Positions 12,860 to 25,959 of a stretch of DNA of 64,000 nucleotides are shown one piece after another. The number at the start of each line of letters is the position of its first letter. The first letter of the stretch is position 1. Both the position numbers and the translations under genes were made by a program. The notes below the pieces were generated by a model that was not told the origin of the DNA, did no database searches, and was given only the letters and a program-made list of their open reading frames with translations. The DNA is from Convolutriloba macropyga. Lineage: Eukaryota. The stretch is from assembly GCF_964194025.1 (NCBI RefSeq), contig NC_134472.1, positions 70,246,001 through 70,310,000 of the forward strand. Direction: 5' to 3'.

Positions 12860-14102
12860 TTGCAGTGCCTAGTATCCAACAGAACGTGGAGATACTCACT
12901 GGAACACATAAAGGCAAACTAGGACTCCTGGCAGAGACATCTAGCCAGTCACGACTAACCATCAGCACGGAGGTGCTGCTGGGAACGAAAAAGAAAGCGG
13001 GCTGGTTCGAAACACAAGATGGCCGGAAGTTAAGATTGAAAAGCTTAGCTGTGGCTAAGCCAGCGTTGGTAGCTTCACAACAACAATCTGCGGTAGCAGA
13101 TTCAGAGTCGCTAGAAAATGAGAGTCGGTCAGTGGTGGCTGACCAAGAGTCTTTAAGATGTCAGAATTGTCAGCGGCAATTCAGTACAGTTACCGGACGC
13201 AAAGTGCACCAAACAAGATTCTGCAAAGCCGGTTTGTCAAAGAATGTCGTAGACAAGTCAAAGTTCGAGCAACTAGAGGCGAGCCTTACCTGTGACAAGT
13301 GTGAAAGAAAGTTCAAAACAGTCAATGGCCGAAAAGTTCACCAATCGAGATACTGTGGCAAACCTAAAGCAGTTGCCACACGCGTGATTTCCTGCAAAGT
13401 ACAAGTTGTTCTCGGAAACGAGTTTGAGAACATAGAAGCGTTCAAGTATCTCGGATCATATGTCAGCCTCAAGCATGGAGACCTGCAGGAAGTCAATTGC
13501 AAACTTGCAGAAGGTAGACAACGGTTTGCTAACTTCCAAAATCTCTGGAAGAGCAAGCAGCTCAGCGTGCACCTCAAGTGCAATTTGTACAAAGCACTCG
13601 TTTTATCAGGGCTGTACTGCTCAGAGACTTGGACTCTTTCGAAATTAATGGAGAGAAAACTTGAGAGTTTCCACTGTGGTTGTCTTCGGAGAATTCTACG
13701 TGTGTCATATCTGGAGAAAGCAACGAACGAAGAAATTATGTCAAGATCACGAATGCCCCAACTATCCACGATGATCATGCTCAAACGGATAAAATGGTAC
13801 GGACACATCCAGAGAATGGAACCAGGAAAATTAGCCCGCAGTGCTTTCGATTGGGACCCGCCCGATCAATACGTCCATGCTAGACGCGCTCCTGGGGGGC
13901 AACGGAAAACGTGGATGAGTCAAATCGAAGGAGACTGTGTACGAAACAAAGTATCGTTAACCAGATTGCAGGAGAAAGCAGCAACCGGGTCAAAGAATGC
14001 CTTCAACAATTTCGTCGTACAGCACTTCACAGAATAACCAAACAAATAACTCTTCTTGTTTTGTTTGTATTTGTGGCCAACCGTGCCTTTATTTCATATT
14101 TG
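12860..14102 (+). mobile_element. RTE-clade-like LINE 3' portion with intact reading frame to 14037; KOW-like motif and two C2HC zinc fingers precede the YLG/thumb region
   Basis: FKYLGS, LYKALVLSGLYCSETW, FHCGCLRRILRV, KWYGHIQRM and RRAPGGQRKTW are typical RTE RT C-terminal motifs. There are two CxxC-x12-H-x4-C fingers. No stops in the frame; visibly GC-richer than the flanks. Confidence 0.85.
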
Positions 14103-14267
14103 NNNNNNNNNNNNNNNNNNNNNNNNNNNNNNNNNNNNNNNNNNNNNNNNNNNNNNNNNNNNNNNNNNNNNNNNNNNNNNNNNNNNNNNNNNNNNNNNNN
14201 NNNNNNNNNNNNNNNNNNNNNNNNNNNNNNNNNNNNNNNNNNNNNNNNNNNNNNNNNNNNNNNNNNN
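14103..14267. other. Assembly gap
   Basis: Run of N. Confidence 1.
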
Positions 14268-17200
14268 ATTAGATTAGGATTCGAAATTCGTTCTTCAGGG
14301 TATTGCTCCCATTCAATTGTCCAGATTCATAAGCTCCTGATTAGTTCTGCAGTTTCCACACTTGCATACAATGCCCCAAGTGCATTTGTTTTCCTCTGTG
14401 TACTGATTGCAGAAATAATGCCAAAAAAATTTTGACACTGTATTTCTATTTACGCTTCTACCAAAATCTGAATAAACTTTGAGCCGTAAATTGTAGAGAA
14501 TTCTGGCCCGGTAGAAAAAATTTTCGTCGCTTCTTACAAATCGATTTTTGTTTATTTATAGTTCTCCTCGGCTATGTTGACGAGCGCTACTTTCATGAAT
14601 ACTGACTAGGTTCGATAGTTCAACGTCCTATTTACCTTGTTTTAAAGGAATAAGGTACAAAAAGTCGTGCATTTCAATATAAAGGCTGAGAGGCAACAAA
14701 TTCAAGGTAAAAAGTTGCTGTATTTAGCTCTGCTTTTCGCTCAAAATCCATTCTGTGGCAATTTTGGTAACTTTTCAATTTCTTTCATTTGCGATTTATT
14801 TGGAAACCATGCCTGTGAGCAATAAGTAACTATCGGTACAACGTAACTTAAATAAGCGTTCAGTTCAGATTTTTGTTCACCTTTTTGAGAAATATTTCTT
14901 CTGAGCTTGAAAAAAACACACATACCTTTTGGTTTTCTAAAAGAGCAGTTTTCATTCCAATTTAGGTTTTCTGAAACTTAGAGCCCAAGGTCTTGCTGAT
15001 TTTTTACTTGATCTGGCTTATGGTTGTCAATAGACGCCGTTATATTTCCCTTGATTTTCAGGAGGTGAGTTTTGTTATCATTTAGTCTCATTTGATTTTC
15101 TTTGCACCAAGTTGACCAGCTAGAAACTCGGTTTCAGTAATTCCTTGTTTCTCACTTACCAGCTTCATATCATAAGCAAAACCATAGCAAATTACTTCAG
15201 TTAGGTGTTCAGGTAAGTTGTTGATGAAAATAAATGTGAAAAGAGGTCCTAATATGGAACCCTGTGGGACACCACTGGAGACCTCTATCAAATCAGATAC
15301 CTCATTGTTGATATTCACATATCGTTTGCGATTCGTTAGGTACGACAATATCAGTTGAATTAACTTCCCTCCAACGCCAATGTTATAAAGCTTTTATATC
15401 AGAAAATTATGTGGTACAGTGTCAAAAGCCTTTGCAGAGTCAAGATATAAGATGCTTAGGTCTTTGATTGCTTCATTAGCAAACTTTTTGTACACTGTCT
15501 CAAAAAATAATAAAAGCTGCAAAGGTTGCGATCAATTTTTCCTGAAGCCAAATTGATTTTCACAGAGTTTGTGTCTTACTAGTTCGTATATTTTTTCAAA
15601 AATAATTTTCTAAAGTACGTTGGACATGCAATTTAAAAGACTTATGGGTCTGCAGCAAGTTACATCTGAGTTATTACCGTCTTTAAAAATGGGACTTATT
15701 TGGCTTACTTTCTAATATGTAGGATAGGTTCCCTTATTCATTATTGTTTGGTACAAGAATATGACTGACTTTGTGATTGAACTACTACAATTTCTCAGCA
15801 GTAAATTTTCAATTCCGTCTGGTCCAGTAGACTTGTGGATATTAAGATCTTTGCGCAGGTTTTCGACTTTTGTGGAAGCAACTTTGATGAAATTAAGATT
15901 TTGTTTTGAGCGTGTTGTTGGTATTTCTGTTTTTTGATTAAAGACGCTCGCAAAAAAGAAGTTGTAGCTCTCAGCTTTTTATTTATCTGTGGTTAGCTCA
16001 ATACCCTTCCAAAACATTATAGGATATACTTGTGGATTTTTGCGAATTGATGAAAGACATTTTTGTAATTTGCTGAATTGTCGGCTTTCAAAAATTTTGG
16101 CTTCATAAACTGAGAGATCATTATCACCCGCTCTACGAACCTCTACTTCTAATTTTTTAATCTTCAGTTTGAGGCTGAGATTAGATTTTCCATTTCGCTC
16201 TTTAGTGTTATTCTTATTTATCTTATGGGATGCTACATTTGAGATCCATGGTTGTAAACTTGCCCGATGTTTAGTGAAAAGCTGTATATTCTCTCATATT
16301 TTGTTGCGTAGCCATTTGTAGAATTGTTCCAGAAGAAAATCGACACTACTGTAGCCAAAAGGAATGAAGGGATCAATTGTAAGACTGAAATTCAACTCTT
16401 TCCAGTCGGTATTTTCATAGGCAAATTTGTCACTCGCTTGAATTAATGGTGCATCAAGTAAGAGGTTTCTTTGAGTGCAAATTGGAAAACGGTCGGAGCA
16501 AGTTTTGTTACTAATACTACAATTCTTGAACAGCGAACGTTCGTGGGTAAAATTGAGAACTATTTCTGGATTGTTGCTTAGAAACACTTGTAGTTGACTT
16601 GGAGCTAGATTTGAGAGATTTTTTCTATATATTGATCAAAAATTATTTCTTCGTAGTCTTTTGTTAAAGACATATTTGCCCAAGAAGTTTCTGAAAAATT
16701 GATGTCACCTGTAAGCACAACTAAGGAATTGGTGTCCACTATAGAGTTTTTAATTTTTCAATAAGGTTTAGGAAATCATTTGATGCCCACCGGTAGTTGC
16801 TTTGCTCGGGCGCATTGTATATGCAACAAAATATAAGAGAAGACATTGAAAGCTTTATCTTAACAACAAAAAATTATCGTGGATCAAAGAAATATCCACA
16901 TTTTTGTGTTTAAGGGATGATTTTACAGCAATTAGAATTCACCCATGTTTACTTTTGAAGTCAATGATTTTCCTTTTCTTTCGATATATAAAATAGGAGG
17001 ACAGAAGTATTGCTTCGTTGGTGACCTCAGCAGTTAACCATGTTTCTCTTATGCACACAATGTCATAGTCGCAAGTTGAAAGAATATTAGCGAAACTTGT
17101 TCGTCTGTTTAGATCTAGCAGGCTTCGAGCATTCACGGTGTGTACTGTAGCGTTCCTATGTAGTCATTCTTTAGTCGTTTGACTTTCTTCATTGGCGTTT

Positions 17201-17880
17201 GGAAAGATAACCCAATTGTCGCCTTTTTTCTTCTCTGAGTTCAACAAAGTGCCGAATACGTAACAATTTTGAAACTATTCCGCTAGTGGTCAGTTCTCAC
17301 CTTTTTATTAAAGTTTTGTTTTCTTTTTTGCGTCCTCGGGTGACAATTCAGGACTGATATAAATTGATCTATCGTTGTACTTATAGTCTGTCAAACGGCC
17401 TTCTGATATCAGGATGAGATCTCGATGTTTAGGTGCTCTAATATTTGCTCTACTTGGCAGAGGTCCTCTTGCATCCTGTCAGCAGTCTCCTTGGATTTTG
17501 ACTCATTAATTCCCCAATGTTTTTTGACATTGAACACAACAAAATTTGTGTTTGTCGGTTTTGCTAGAGCAATTTGCACAACTGTTTCGTGTTTTTTGTT
17601 TGTTTGTTTTGCTCTTACTACTTTTAGGGAATGGCGTATTCTCATTGGGTTTTGTCATTATTGGAATGATTTTGCTTTCAAAAAATGCCTCCAAAATTTA
17701 GTCTTTGTCTTTGTGTAACCTGGAGATCGCTGCGGGCAAAGTATCACTGCAAGAAGGTCACTGGGAGCAAAAAAAGTTTCTTTCTTTGTCTCGATGTAAC
17801 CTGAAGGTCACTGCGAGCAGAGATAGAAAAGGGAAAACAAACGCTTTGACTATCCACTGAAGGAACCACAATTGCAAAAT
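14268..17880 (-). mobile_element. Degenerate CR1/L2-group LINE (ORF1 plus APE-RT ORF2)
   Basis: NARSL..DIVCIRETWL (APE), SDRFPI, SSGVPQGSILGPL, FAYDMKL (YADD-like) and C-terminal KCTWGIVCKCGNC. ORF1 remnant at about 17160-17694. Confidence 0.85.
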
Positions 17881-17887
17881 CCGGAAC

Positions 17888-18182
17888 TGTGGCACTCAAT
17901 AGAAGTGTTGGTTTTGTCAACCAGGGAGAGAGAGGAAATTGAAGTTCAAAAATTCTAATTCCCGAGCTTGCGAATCGGCTATAAGTAGGTGGCTTGTGGG
18001 TGCAGGTTTGAACATATGATACCTCATTTGTTACATACAAGGCTTTTCTCTAAAACTTTCCTATTGGAAGTCTCCAGTACAAGACCTTTCATTCCAATTT
18101 TGAAAAGACACTATTTAATGTGGTCGGTGTGAACACAGTGACCTTTACAGTTGGAGGTAAACTAGGATGCTGTGAACAAATT
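17888..18182 (-). repeat. Divergent LTR-like remnant related to the 33-368 LTR
   Basis: Starts TGTGGCACTC (cf. TGTGACACTC) and ends with gaggtaaactaggatgctgtgaacaaatt, nearly identical to 344-372. Confidence 0.55.
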
Positions 18183-18707
18183 GAAATTCGATGACAATGG
18201 CAAAACAAAACGCCGCAAAAACTTTCTTGCAAAGTTGCGGCCACTTGTCTTATTCCTTGTGTTAACTCTTACTCCCTGAGTCAGTTCAAACAGAGTCCTA
18301 CTAATTTCCTGGTATCTGCCACATCAATCAAAGATTTTGAATTTGCTTATTCCTTGAGTCACTTAACAAAACGTTGCAAAAATTTCAAAAATGACATCGG
18401 TGAATGATCCTGTTTTTGTATCTGTTGCAAACAATGCATATGTGAGAAAACTGAAAAGATCTACTGTTCAGGCGTGGTCGATAAGATTTCCCGTGCTCTT
18501 CCGAAGCACAAACCAGCGCATGAACTCTCAAAAGGCTCAATCACAGCATCACTCAAGCGCTTAGCACCGAAGGAATCCTGGAGATCCAAAAAATGACATA
18601 AAGCTAACTCTTTGTTCCAACCAGCAAAGACCTCATTGAGATGCTGAACACGTGTGGTGTACAACCACTGCCCCATGTGTTTAAATAATAGACAATGGGA
18701 AGATTTG

Positions 18708-19370
18708 ATGGCAAGCGAACTCAGTGAGGTCTTTGCTGGTTATGAAATAGATATAATTGAATGTCAGGGTAGCCGTGGTTGCCCTTTTGTATTGTTTATT
18801 GTTGGAGCTAGCGCATTACATCATTCTCTGTAGAAGTGGGATAACATTCGAAAACGACTCAAAGGGAAGGTTATCTCGAAACCAGGATACAGTCTACATC
18901 CAAACGCTAAATATAAGTACAAGATAGTTCAAAATCGATTAAAATGCGTTAAAATTAAAACCAAAATTATATTGTGGCACGATATTATCAATAACACGGT
19001 AACAAGCCCGAAAAGCGATAAGAGAACACCCCTCAACGGTGATCAATTAAAAGTTGAAATCGAACGTCTACAACGAAAGGTTGATATAGTTGGAATTGTT
19101 TATTGTGTCAGAGAAGGCGCTCCTGACGTCTACAACAAATTGAAAGAAACTAAGATACCGATGGTGCATATAGTCAAGAATCTTTTATCCCGCCGAAAGC
19201 AGAAGGATAAGAAAGTGTTGAAAAAGTACAGCAATCTTCACCTGGATCCATTTCTCGAATTGAAAACGCTCTTCTCAATCGTACGAAAGAACGGTGATTT
19301 GAAGCGAATTTGCAAAAAGAAAAATAGCAAACCCGCAAAACGACGAAAGAAAAACTCCGCCAACAAATAA
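18708..19370 (+). pseudogene. SGNH/GDSL-esterase-like ORF0 of the downstream LINE; one in-frame stop at 18831
   Basis: A single frame gives LFIVGAS...ISKPG...IILWHDIINN...SNLHL plus a basic tail. The order resembles SGNH blocks I, II, III and V. Confidence 0.55.
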
Positions 19371-22300
19371 TCAATTTTGAGGTTAGTTTAAGTTCTGTGA
19401 AGTTCCTAGCGATTAAGTTCCTTGGTCCGGATCAGAACTTTTAACCGAAAGTCCCCGTCGTAATTTTCTTTCGAGAAATTCCTAGCGATTAATTTCCTTG
19501 GTTTTGCTCAGAAAATAATATAACACGAAATGGGGAAAAATTGTAAAACTTGCAAGAAGGCCGTTAACGCAAACGAAAAGAGTTATACTTGTGTGGCATG
19601 TAATTGTAACATGCATCTGACTCCTGAAGGTACAGCTCTTTCTTCAGCTGCAAATATTTGCATTAAAGAGCTTGGTATGGATGTGATGCTACTCTGCAAT
19701 AATTGTGTTGAACAAAATGAAAGGGATAATTTTATTCGTTGTCGAACCCTGGCAAAAGTTGCTGAAAAATTTGATAGCTTGGATGTTGGGGAAAAACTGA
19801 TGAATATTGAAAGGCGGCTAACGGACTTAGTGGTTGAGAAAATTGGGAACGCTACAAAAATGACGTGTGACAAAGTTGAAAAAACATATGCTGCTGTCGT
19901 TGCTGTTGAAACTACTTCAGAAAAACCTAGAGGAGTTAAAACTGATGAAAACTCGAAAAGTCACAATATCAATAAATGTGTAAGAATAAAAGGGATACCT
20001 GAGGATCCTAATAAAACGAAAGGGGAAATTTTTGTCCCAACAAACGATGAAGTTAGCGATCTGCTCAATTCGATATGTGCGAATGCACATGTCACGGAAA
20101 TACAAAGACTTGGAAAATTTTGAAATGATAGAAAAAAGCCAAGGGCAGTATTAGTAAACTTGGCAAATGAACACGAAACAAGAATCACTCTTGCAAATGT
20201 CGAGAATTCAGAAATAATTTGGTCGAAAGAAACATTTAAATGCTGCCAGCGTTGACGAGGGATGACGCACTGAAAGAAAATCAAATGTTAAAAAAGCGAA
20301 GGGAGCTGCTTGACGGAGGTGTACCTAAGGAGAAATGGAAAATTCGAAATCTTGAACTTTACAATGATAGGGTCAAAGTGCAGTTGGATGTACAGAATGC
20401 CCTCTGACTAGGAGGCTTTCTCCATATCCTCCAACTATATACAAGAAGCTTAATAAATATCGAAAGAAGATCAAAATTCATAAATTCAGTAATTAACTCA
20501 AATTATAATGTTCTATGTCTTTGCGAAACCTGGTTGATCGATAAAATTCATGACTCCGAACTCTTTCTTAACGATTACAATATTTATAGAAGTGATCGGG
20601 CCTCGATTGAAGATAGAAATGCGCATGTAGGTACCCTCATTGCTGTGAAAAATACTCTGATATCGGAAAAAAATTCCACTCTACCCAACTCATGTGTAGT
20701 CGGTAAAATTACTCTCAATGACACTCAAGTACTTCTATATGCGTTCTACAGCCCACCCATATCAAGCTCATATCGATACACGATAGAGGACTTCCAACTG
20801 CTCCTGAGAAAAATTCTTAAAACCAAATCAGTTGTCATATGTGGAGACCTTAATTTTACAGAAGCAAACTGGAAGACACTGTATAGTCCCAACGAGACTG
20901 AAGACAAAGTCATCGAAATGTTTGAAGAGAAATTTTTTCGGCAAATTATCGACTTCCCGACATGTGGAAACAACATCTTGGACACTACCTTCTATCAAAA
21001 TTGTCATCTATCCGCTGAATTAAACAAATCCTTTCCATCTATCTATACTCTAACTGACCACGAAGCTATTTGTCTATCCTTAGAAAACCCAGTTACTGAA
21101 ACAAAACCATTAATACAGAACTTTAAAAAATTTGGGAATGTTGACTATGACGCTATAAAAGAGCATCTTGTTGAAAAACCGTTCCAGTCAATTTGTTACA
21201 ACAACATCAACAAAATGAGCAAAGAATTCACAAGGTATCTCGACGGAATTTTTGATTTGTTTGTCCCGAAAAGAACAAGGCATAGACAATCACTGCCACC
21301 TTAGGTTTCCTGTGGTACTTCAAATTTGGTTAATAAGCTGAAGACACAGAAACGTTTATTGGAGAATAAACCAACATCTTACAGAAAACAATTGGTTAGT
21401 TGGTTCTAAAACTGGAAAACCAAGTCACTGATTCAGCTGGAGAAGACAGAGTTGTGTACCAAGAAAATTTACCGGGATCGAGAAATACAGACAAATTTTT
21501 AAACGTCTGAAAAGCCGAAACAAATCTGCCTGTCTGCCCAAAGTTTTGATGAATGATACCAAGCAAAGTTCACTTCAATGCAAACAAGTAAATATGTTAA
21601 ATCAATTTTTTTCACTCCGTGTTCTCCCCAAAAACTAATTTCAGTTTGAAAGATTTCAAAGTACAAAAGCCCTCTCTTACAGATTTTGACATCTCGAAGA
21701 ACACAATCAGAAATATAATGGATGATAATGATGCCACAGAATCAAGAGGACCGAATGGTATACCTCCGGTTTTTTACGTAAAGACGAGAAAGAATCTCTG
21801 CATCATCATGCATTCTGTCATTCGGAATTTAAAAAGGCTGCGGAAAATACCCGACAGCTGGAAAGTTGGTGCCATAACGCCTATTTTCAAAAAAGAGAAA
21901 AAAGAAAATTTGAAAACTACCGGCCTGTCTCACTATTGAACATTGATAGCAAGAGTCGGGGAAAATGTATATACATTGCCTTGCATAATCATTTTCAAAA
22001 GTTCCTAACTAAGAGTCAACATGGTTTTGTAAGGAGAAGATATGTGCAAACAAATATGCTGCTGTTTCTCAAAGCAATATATGAAGCTCTTAATCAGGAC
22101 CCTCAATCAGAGACTATTGCTTTCTACACTGACTTCTCAAAAGCTTTAGACAAAGTTACACATTATGAGTTAATTCAAAAATTGATTGACATTGGAGTTG
22201 GAGGATGTTAGTTCGAAAATTTAATCGACTACTTGAGTGATCAACGACAATGTGCGTGTGGACAATACCAGTTCGAAGATACTCGATATAACAAGCGGAG

Positions 22301-23306
22301 TACCACAGGGGTCACTCCTAGGCCCAATACTGTTCTGTATATTTATTAATGATCTTCCAGATGTCCTGATGTTTTCTGAGCCCTTTATTTTTGCTGATGA
22401 TCTTAAAATTCTGGCTGTACAAAGAATCTACAGGGAAGTCCAAGATGATCCACATGGGATTGAGAACTGGATAATCCAAAATAAAATGAAGCTGGCAATA
22501 GACAAATGTGCGTATCTGAATTTCAGAGGTAGAGACCAACAGTACAAATTTATGGGAAAAGATTTGGCGAAATCCACGACTGTCAAAGATCTTGGTATTC
22601 ACGTGGCGGCTGATGTATCGTGGAAACATCATATTGAAGAAAGAATGAAGAAAGCAAATAAAGTTCTGTACATGCTTAAGCGAAATGTTGCAACTAAAGA
22701 AAACACGTTTGTGAAATTTGGATTATATAAGTCCTTAATTTTGTCGGTTTTGCTGTATGGTTTCACGTGCTTGACTGCAGGAAGAACTGCAATTCATATT
22801 CTGGAAAAGTTTCAAAAAAACGTAGTCAAATGGAAAACGGGAAATAAAGATACAGAATACAAAAGCCAGCTTCGACTATTAAACATATTGCCATTACCAA
22901 TGTTTATCCAGCTTAACGATCTATTGCTGGTTTCAAAAGCTTTGAATGAAGAGAATAGCGGCATCGAGCTACCAGAAGTACATACGAAAGAAACAAGGAA
23001 CAACAAAGTTTTCAAAATGACGAAAACTCGAACAGAGAAAGCGCGCTGCCAATTCACCTTTAAAACCTGTCGAATTGCAAACCGCCTAGAAAATTTAATA
23101 AACTTATGGGATCCACATGGACTGAAAAACCGAATATTACGTAGAATGTGGAATTTTTTCGAGAAGAAGTATTCTGAGCGAAATATGTGCACTTGGCAAT
23201 TGGTTTGCGATTGTCAAAACTAGAAAGTATTGGACATTATTTTTTTGATGACTGGGACTTTAGACCCTTCAGCACAGCTGTAAATCCCCAACAACAACAA
23301 CAACAA
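18708..23306 (+). mobile_element. Near full-length CR1/L2-group LINE with PHD ORF1, APE-RT ORF2 and (CAA)n tail
   Basis: ORF1 (19530-~20405) has a PHD-like finger CKTC..CVAC..H..CNNC followed by a coiled coil. ORF2 has GDLNF, TDH, TSGVPQGSLLGP, FADDLK and CTWQLVCDC. AACAAC tail at 23290-23306. A few stops and frameshifts. Confidence 0.9.
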
Positions 23307-23329
23307 AACCAAGAACGTCGCTGATACCA

Positions 23330-25952
23330 CTATAGAATAATAAAAATGCTTCTCCTAGCAATTGACAAGAAGAAAAGAAGTGTTAGTCGCAAAATTTCTT
23401 TACATTTTGCCGGGGGCAACTGAAATTAATCATCACGATGGCTCTGCAATTGCAGTCAATTCTCTCTCCCCTCAAGAAATTGCGAGAGCTCTGCCAGACA
23501 ACTCCGTTTTTTGTCGATGAATATGGAAATTTCAATCACTGCCACTTATGAACATTATGGTTATTCTTAAAAGGAATTTTCTGAGTTGATGAACGCATTT
23601 TTGGCGAAAACCTTTTAGTTGTGTGCGATGATATAAATGCCTTTGATAACAATTGCAGGTCCCTTGTAAGCACAGGTGACTTTATGTCAGCCATCATCGA
23701 TGCGTTTGATAACAGATTATTGAAGCAGGCAATTTTTTTCCACTTTTAAAAATGATAAACTTGACGTTGCCTACCACAAAAACTTCCTGGTTCACCCAAT
23801 ACTCAATATGACGTTTGATGCCATATATGACTGTTAACTGTTATTTTTCACTATATAGTTCATCTACTTGTTGAAAGCGCAGTGCAATATAACAATTCAG
23901 TTACGTAAAACTTTTGCAACTTTGGCAGTGTAAAAAACACGAAGTGGTGGAAGGGATGTGCGAATATCCATTCAAGCCCTTGCTCTAGATGAATATCGAC
24001 AAAATTTGTGAACAATTCTACCAATACATTGAAAATGTCGTAGAAGCAGGTTTGCCTCGGAGAACTGTACTTAGTTAACAACTCCAACCATGGATTACCC
24101 TTTGAGTCTCACATTCTGAAGAAACTGCAGTTCTAGAGGAAACTGTTAGAATTAAAGCCCAACAGCTACGGCAGAAACATTTTCAGGAAAATGGAAAACC
24201 TCGTAGCAGAATTCTGTGACGTCGATAGAAATATCTTTCGAGACAAATTACTAGGATCAAGAAATTGTGATATGAATTCAAGCACAACAGAAGTCTGAAT
24301 AAGTCAGTTACACTGCAAGGGATTATGGCAAAGGGCGAGCAAGAATCGGGTCTTTCCCATTATAGCCCCCCCCCCCCCAGCTTAGTGGTCAGATAACCTA
24401 TAGCCCCCCAAACTTGGTAATTATACCATAATGGGGGGGCAATAATTTCATGGGGGGGGGGGGGGGGGGGCTATAATGGGAAAGACCCCAAGCATCAACC
24501 ATTACAAATAAGAAGGTAATTAGAATCAACTTCTGGTTATATTTAGTTTATTCTGCAAAGCAAAAGTTGAGTATAACAGAAATAAAACACGAGAATCACT
24601 TACCCACGAATTTAAGTGGTTAAGCAACTTTTAATACGGCAAAGGCTGTACTCGCTGGTTTTTACAAAATCTTGTGCACAGAAAAAAAATCTCAGCAAAA
24701 TTAAATCAGAATAGAAAACAGCAGCCATATCCCCAATACTTAATGAAAGATATCAGGTATCATTATGGAGCTAAACATAATTGCTCAAGACTGACAGAAA
24801 AGTTCTGGAGACTTGCATCTGTGTATCATTCTAAGATCACTTCGAAAAGTATCTCAGAGTCTACCATTATGACGTGACAAATACATATCAGTCGTCACTA
24901 ATATGTGGACATAGCCTTCTAAACTGACTTTTCAAAAGTCTTTGATAAGGTACCTCACCGCAATGTCATACAGAATATGGCCAAGTTTTGCGTAGATGAA
25001 TGTCTGCTTAAAATCCTGATTGACTGCTTGCAGAACGGAAAGCAGTTAATTAGAGTTGACAACGTCTCATCCTCAATTCTGGAAATGCCGCTAGCAGAGT
25101 CACACAGGGATCACTTCCCGGGTCACTAATTTTCTGTTTTTTATCAATGATTTGCATGATCAACTTCGATGCTCTGCGCCTTACATGTTTGATAACACCG
25201 TCGTACAGCGTGATTCCGTCCTATAGGAGAATAAGTCGAAAAATCTACGCACAGTGACTCGACAACGCTTGTGAACTAAAGACTTGCAAAGGCGAATACA
25301 GTATTGTTCATGGTGCGCAGAAACAGTTCTCACCTCACTAGAAAACAAGTGAAACTTTCCCTCTTCAGGACACTGTTACTCCCAGTTCACCTACGGCATG
25401 CAATGCTTTAGCTTGAACAGAGGTGATCTAAAAAAACTGAAGTTACCGAAAAAAAATTGTGATATGGACCATAAAATGAGATCAACAAAATTAATTTTGC
25501 GTTCTCAACCTTCTCTCTCTTCCACTGTTAATGCAAATGTCTAATTTGCTGCTACCTCCATCCCCCAGTGATACCTCCAACAGGATTTTGTTGTCGACAG
25601 AAAATATCCAAAGAGAAGATACACAGATCCAATACCTATTGGACCAAGAGATCGCCGGGAAATGAATAAGAAAATCAGATCAGATTTTGTCTTTCGAACA
25701 TGTCGCCTGGCAAATTGATTGAATCACATAAGTCAGAACTGAAGTCTTGAATCCTAGATGTCATTTGGAAATTCGTGGAAAGAAAATTCAACAAAACTTG
25801 ACATTCAACTGGCAGATCGCGATTGACTGCGACATGCGCAGAGACAGATGAACAATTACTTAGACTGATGACTGTGATAAAAACCCTTTAGCTGTAAAAC
25901 TTCGACTCCTAAAATTTTTGGTCCACGAAGACATAATAATAATAATTATATA
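23330..25952 (+). mobile_element. Older, heavily degraded LINE of the same group
   Basis: Remnants gacttttcaaaagtctttgataaggtacctcac (DFSKxFDKVPH) and cacagggatcacttcccggg (QGS.LGP). The 3' UTR tgatgactg...agctgtaaa matches 23246-23284, followed by a (TAA)n tail. Confidence 0.75.
24348..24488. mobile_element. MITE with TIR GGGTCTTTCCCATTATAGCCCC and 8-bp TSD (Merlin-like)
   Basis: Perfect TIRs; TSD CAAGAATC/CAAGCATC; further copies at 50812, 61639 and 61784. Confidence 0.85.
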
Positions 25953-25959
25953 ATCCTAC

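Noticed and set aside
12501-12968. ORFs spanning the N gap
   Set aside because: They are artefacts of translating N; the LTR and the RTE frame are unrelated sequences.
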